Below, in pieces: positions 61,755 through 64,000 of a DNA stretch of 64,000 bases (positions are counted from its first letter, which is position 1; each line of letters begins with the position of its first letter). Origin of the DNA: Patescibacteria group bacterium (GTDB lineage: Bacteria; Patescibacteriota; Patescibacteriia; PEXW01). A program made the position numbers and the translations under genes. The stretch covers positions 129,296 through 193,295 of the forward strand of contig JBBTVB010000002.1 in NCBI GenBank assembly GCA_038063455.1, read 5' to 3'. The notes beneath the pieces were generated by a model. That model was not told the DNA's origin and did not search any database. It saw only the letters and a program-made list of their open reading frames with translations.

Positions 61755-62460
61755 GGGGCGGGGTTATAAGCGGGAGTTGTTTCGGGCGGTGGTAGGCGGC
61801 GCCTAAAAAGATAACCAGCATGCCGCCGCTGGAAAAAAAATCGCTGGTAACGGCGAGTACTTCGCTGGTGGCAAGAAATACCATGACTGCCGAGGCCGCC
61901 AAGAATGCACTCCCTAACCCAATGGTGATGGAACGTACCCGAACAATGTGGTTGCTTTTGGCTTGTATGGCCTGGCGTACAAAAAGTATGGCACCCGGGA
62001 CAAGCACCAGCAAGAACAGGGCGCTGGCGAGGATGCCCACCCCTGGGTCTGGATTCCAATTGGTTATGCCGGTTGCGGTATCCACAATTGGCGCGGCGGG
62101 CGAAAGGAGCGACCAGACAAAGGCGAAGCCAGCAAGCCCCAGGTAGATAGGGAAGAAAGGTCGAGCCCAGCGGGGCAAAGTATAGGCCAGAATAACCCGG
62201 CTAAAAAAAGCTGCCGCAACCAAAAAGCAGAGCGTGGCAATGCTAAATGTCACTCCTAGCAGCTCTACCTCTTGACTAGAGAAAACTCTTGGCACGGTTT
62301 GGAAAACATACGCCACGGTAAGTGCGCAGTAGGTATAGAAAAAGTATCGCAGCATGCGGCTCGCAGGGTCTTGGTGCATGGCGCGCGCCAGCCGAATAGC
62401 CAGGTACGCGCTAACCCCGGCGTTGACCAAATCGACAGTAGTGGATATTGGGAGCAGCAT
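61744..62460 (-). CDS. Seven-TM membrane protein between the kinase and regulator genes
   Basis: 238 aa with about 7 hydrophobic helices. Overlaps the REC-REC gene by 11 nt. No family recognised. Confidence 0.55.
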   Translation of the reverse strand: MLLPISTTVDLVNAGVSAYLAIRLARAMHQDPASRMLRYFFYTYCALTVAYVFQTVPRVFSSQEVELLGVTFSIATLCFLVAAAFFSRVILAYTLPRWARPFFPIYLGLAGFAFVWSLLSPAAPIVDTATGITNWNPDPGVGILASALFLLVLVPGAILFVRQAIQAKSNHIVRVRSITIGLGSAFLAASAVMVFLATSEVLAVTSDFFSSGGMLVIFLGAAYHRPKQLPLITPPHAI

Positions 62461-62465
62461 GGGGG

Positions 62466-63881
62466 TTAGTATTTTTGCAGCATTTGATCGAGCGCTTCGG
62501 GCTTGCCGGCAAGCTGGCTACGATGGCCCACCAGCGGCAGGCTAACGAAGAACGTCGTGCCCTGGCCCTCGTGACTCTCAAACCATACCCGGCCATGGTG
62601 TTTCTGTACAATGCTGTAGGTTATGAACAAACCCAAGCCCGTACCCTCGGTTTGCATGCGGATGACGTTATCGCCGCGAAAAAATTTGGAGAAGACGTGG
62701 GTCTGCTGGTGGACTGGAATACCCACACCCGAGTCTTGCACGCTCAGGACCATATCATCGCGTTCGGCCCGGAAGCGAATGGTAATGAGGCCGCCCACAG
62801 GGGTATACTTGAGCGCGTTGTCGAGCAAGTTTTGCACGGCCAGGTGCATTTTCTGCGCATCGATGCGCACCACGGGGAAGGGCGGTGAGCCTGGGTCGTA
62901 GGTTAGGGCAATGTGCTTCTCTTGGGCCGTGTGCTGCATTTCATCAATAAGCTCGCGCAAGATGGGGTCGAGCGATTCTTCTACAAAGGTGTACGAGAAC
63001 CGGTTCTCCTCAATGCGCGAGACATCGAGCAAATCGTTAATCAGGATAATCATGCGCTCGTTGCTCTGGTAGCTCTTACTGACCATATCTTCTTGGGCTT
63101 TGTTCAGCGGGCCCACGTCTTTATCCATGAGCATCTTTAACGACCACTTAATAGCCGAAAGCGGCGTGCGCAACTGGTGGCTGGCCACGGAGATAAACTC
63201 GGTTTTCAGTTGGTCTAGCTCTTTCAGACGTTGGTTAGCGGTTTGAAATGCTTTGTTGGCGTTGACTAAATCTTCGTTCGACTTGGCCAGCTGCGCTTCG
63301 ACCGCTTGCAGACTCCGGACTACGTAGCCCGAGCGGTACGTCGACACGGCCATGAGTACGACGAGCGTCACGCCGGTGGCGGCAATGTAGGCAAAATTCT
63401 GGTGCAAGTCTGGAGCGACTTCAAACGGCGTGTAATGCGTGAATATCTCCTGCTGCTCAAGCAGAAAGACTAACCCGAACATCCCGGTGCCGATAAAAAA
63501 GTTTATCGGGCCGGCCCAGCGCGAGAATTGTACGTTCGTCCCCACAATCTGCAGCAGGTACAGAGGCAGGAAGACACTGGTTATGCCACCTGTAAAGTGC
63601 ACGATGGTGGTAATGACTGCCATGTCGATGAGAATGCCCAAATAGGGAAACAAGTTGCTAATCCGGTCACGGCTATACAGGTAGCTGAAGGCTAAATTGA
63701 AACCCAGCGCCATGGCCACCGAGAACAAAATACCCGGCAAATAAAAAGCCGCGCCAAATTGCGACCCGAGCCACGAGAGCAGGACGACGATGAAGATGAC
63801 GAGGTAGCGGATGATGACCGACCACTGCAAACGTTTCAGGCGCTCCTGGTTTTGCAGAGCTTCCAAATCTTCAGCACGCAT
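62466..63881 (-). CDS. Membrane sensor histidine kinase (multi-TM sensor, HisKA, HATPase_c)
   Basis: H-box SHQLRTPL, N-box, and G-boxes DSGVGI / GTGLGL. The ORF-track start (63938) is the TTG of a -35 hexamer, so the ATG at 63881 is preferred. Confidence 0.88.
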   Translation of the reverse strand: MRAEDLEALQNQERLKRLQWSVIIRYLVIFIVVLLSWLGSQFGAAFYLPGILFSVAMALGFNLAFSYLYSRDRISNLFPYLGILIDMAVITTIVHFTGGITSVFLPLYLLQIVGTNVQFSRWAGPINFFIGTGMFGLVFLLEQQEIFTHYTPFEVAPDLHQNFAYIAATGVTLVVLMAVSTYRSGYVVRSLQAVEAQLAKSNEDLVNANKAFQTANQRLKELDQLKTEFISVASHQLRTPLSAIKWSLKMLMDKDVGPLNKAQEDMVSKSYQSNERMIILINDLLDVSRIEENRFSYTFVEESLDPILRELIDEMQHTAQEKHIALTYDPGSPPFPVVRIDAQKMHLAVQNLLDNALKYTPVGGLITIRFRAERDDMVLSVQDSGVGIPVHQQTHVFSKFFRGDNVIRMQTEGTGLGLFITYSIVQKHHGRVWFESHEGQGTTFFVSLPLVGHRSQLAGKPEALDQMLQKY

Positions 63882-63909
63882 AGTGTTACTTTCTATTTTT
63901 GATATGTAT

Positions 63910-63938
63910 ATTCTAGCATTTTTTTCAACTTCTGTCAA
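63910..63938 (-). promoter_or_regulatory. Promoter of the kinase / 7TM / REC-REC operon
   Basis: Minus strand reads TTGACA (63938-33), a 17-nt spacer, then TAGAAT (63915-10). Confidence 0.5.
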
Positions 63939-64000
63939 AGAAATGCTTACTGTGCTAACTTCGTCCGATGACCACTGATTGAGGAACTTCTCTATTGCAT

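Noticed and set aside
1-64000. CRISPR arrays, rRNA genes, transposases, integrases, prophage modules
   Set aside because: I saw no regularly spaced direct repeats, rRNA-like sequence or recombinase/transposase motifs on either strand.

Overview
All calls come from reading the sequence and the ORF track by eye. No searches were run, so every family assignment is motif recognition from memory.

The window looks like a GC-rich, tightly packed chromosome segment from a monoderm bacterium. It is probably ultra-small and episymbiotic, Patescibacteria/CPR-like; this is inferred from gene content only. I count about 50 CDS and 3 tRNAs. I found no rRNA, CRISPR array, transposase or integrase.

Two envelope machines dominate.
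- **Type IV pilus locus (nt 1-13978), with no secretin.** A pilin gene has its own promoter and a long leader. A separate operon runs: 1404-aa secreted protein, pilM, pilN, pilO, FN3-repeat protein, pilB, REC, pilT-like, pilC.
- **T4SS-like operon (nt 27281-52859), about 25 kb on one strand.** It encodes VirB4, a VirB4-N-like protein, PrgI/VirB3-like, a VirB6-like giant membrane protein and a VirB8-like candidate. It also encodes two VirB2/TrbC-type pilin-domain fusion proteins (one carrying an SLT lytic transglycosylase), a DsbA-like oxidoreductase and a TolB-like propeller. The largest product is a 3053-aa Cys-rich surface protein with four jelly-roll (CBM-like) modules and a dockerin-type EF-hand pair. 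I see no VirD4, relaxase or VirB11. This is my best candidate for the poorly described system.

Between the two machines lie lemA-htpX, clpC, comFC, def, three tRNAs, recG and radA. The right end carries rsmA, an MFS gene, tsaC, leuS, a LysM-M23 peptidase and a histidine kinase / 7-TM / dual-REC operon.

Other notable observations:
- A complete Nudix domain is nested inside leuS.
- The PilT homologue has degenerate catalytic motifs.
- PilT codons 1-14 are duplicated upstream, differing only at synonymous sites, next to a hairpin repeat.
- PilN carries two INLLP-type motifs separated by a Pro-rich insert of about 220 aa.
- A promoter-plus-terminator bounded small RNA or attenuator lies upstream of clpC.
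- Near-consensus TTGACx-17-TAnnnT promoters re-define several gene starts.
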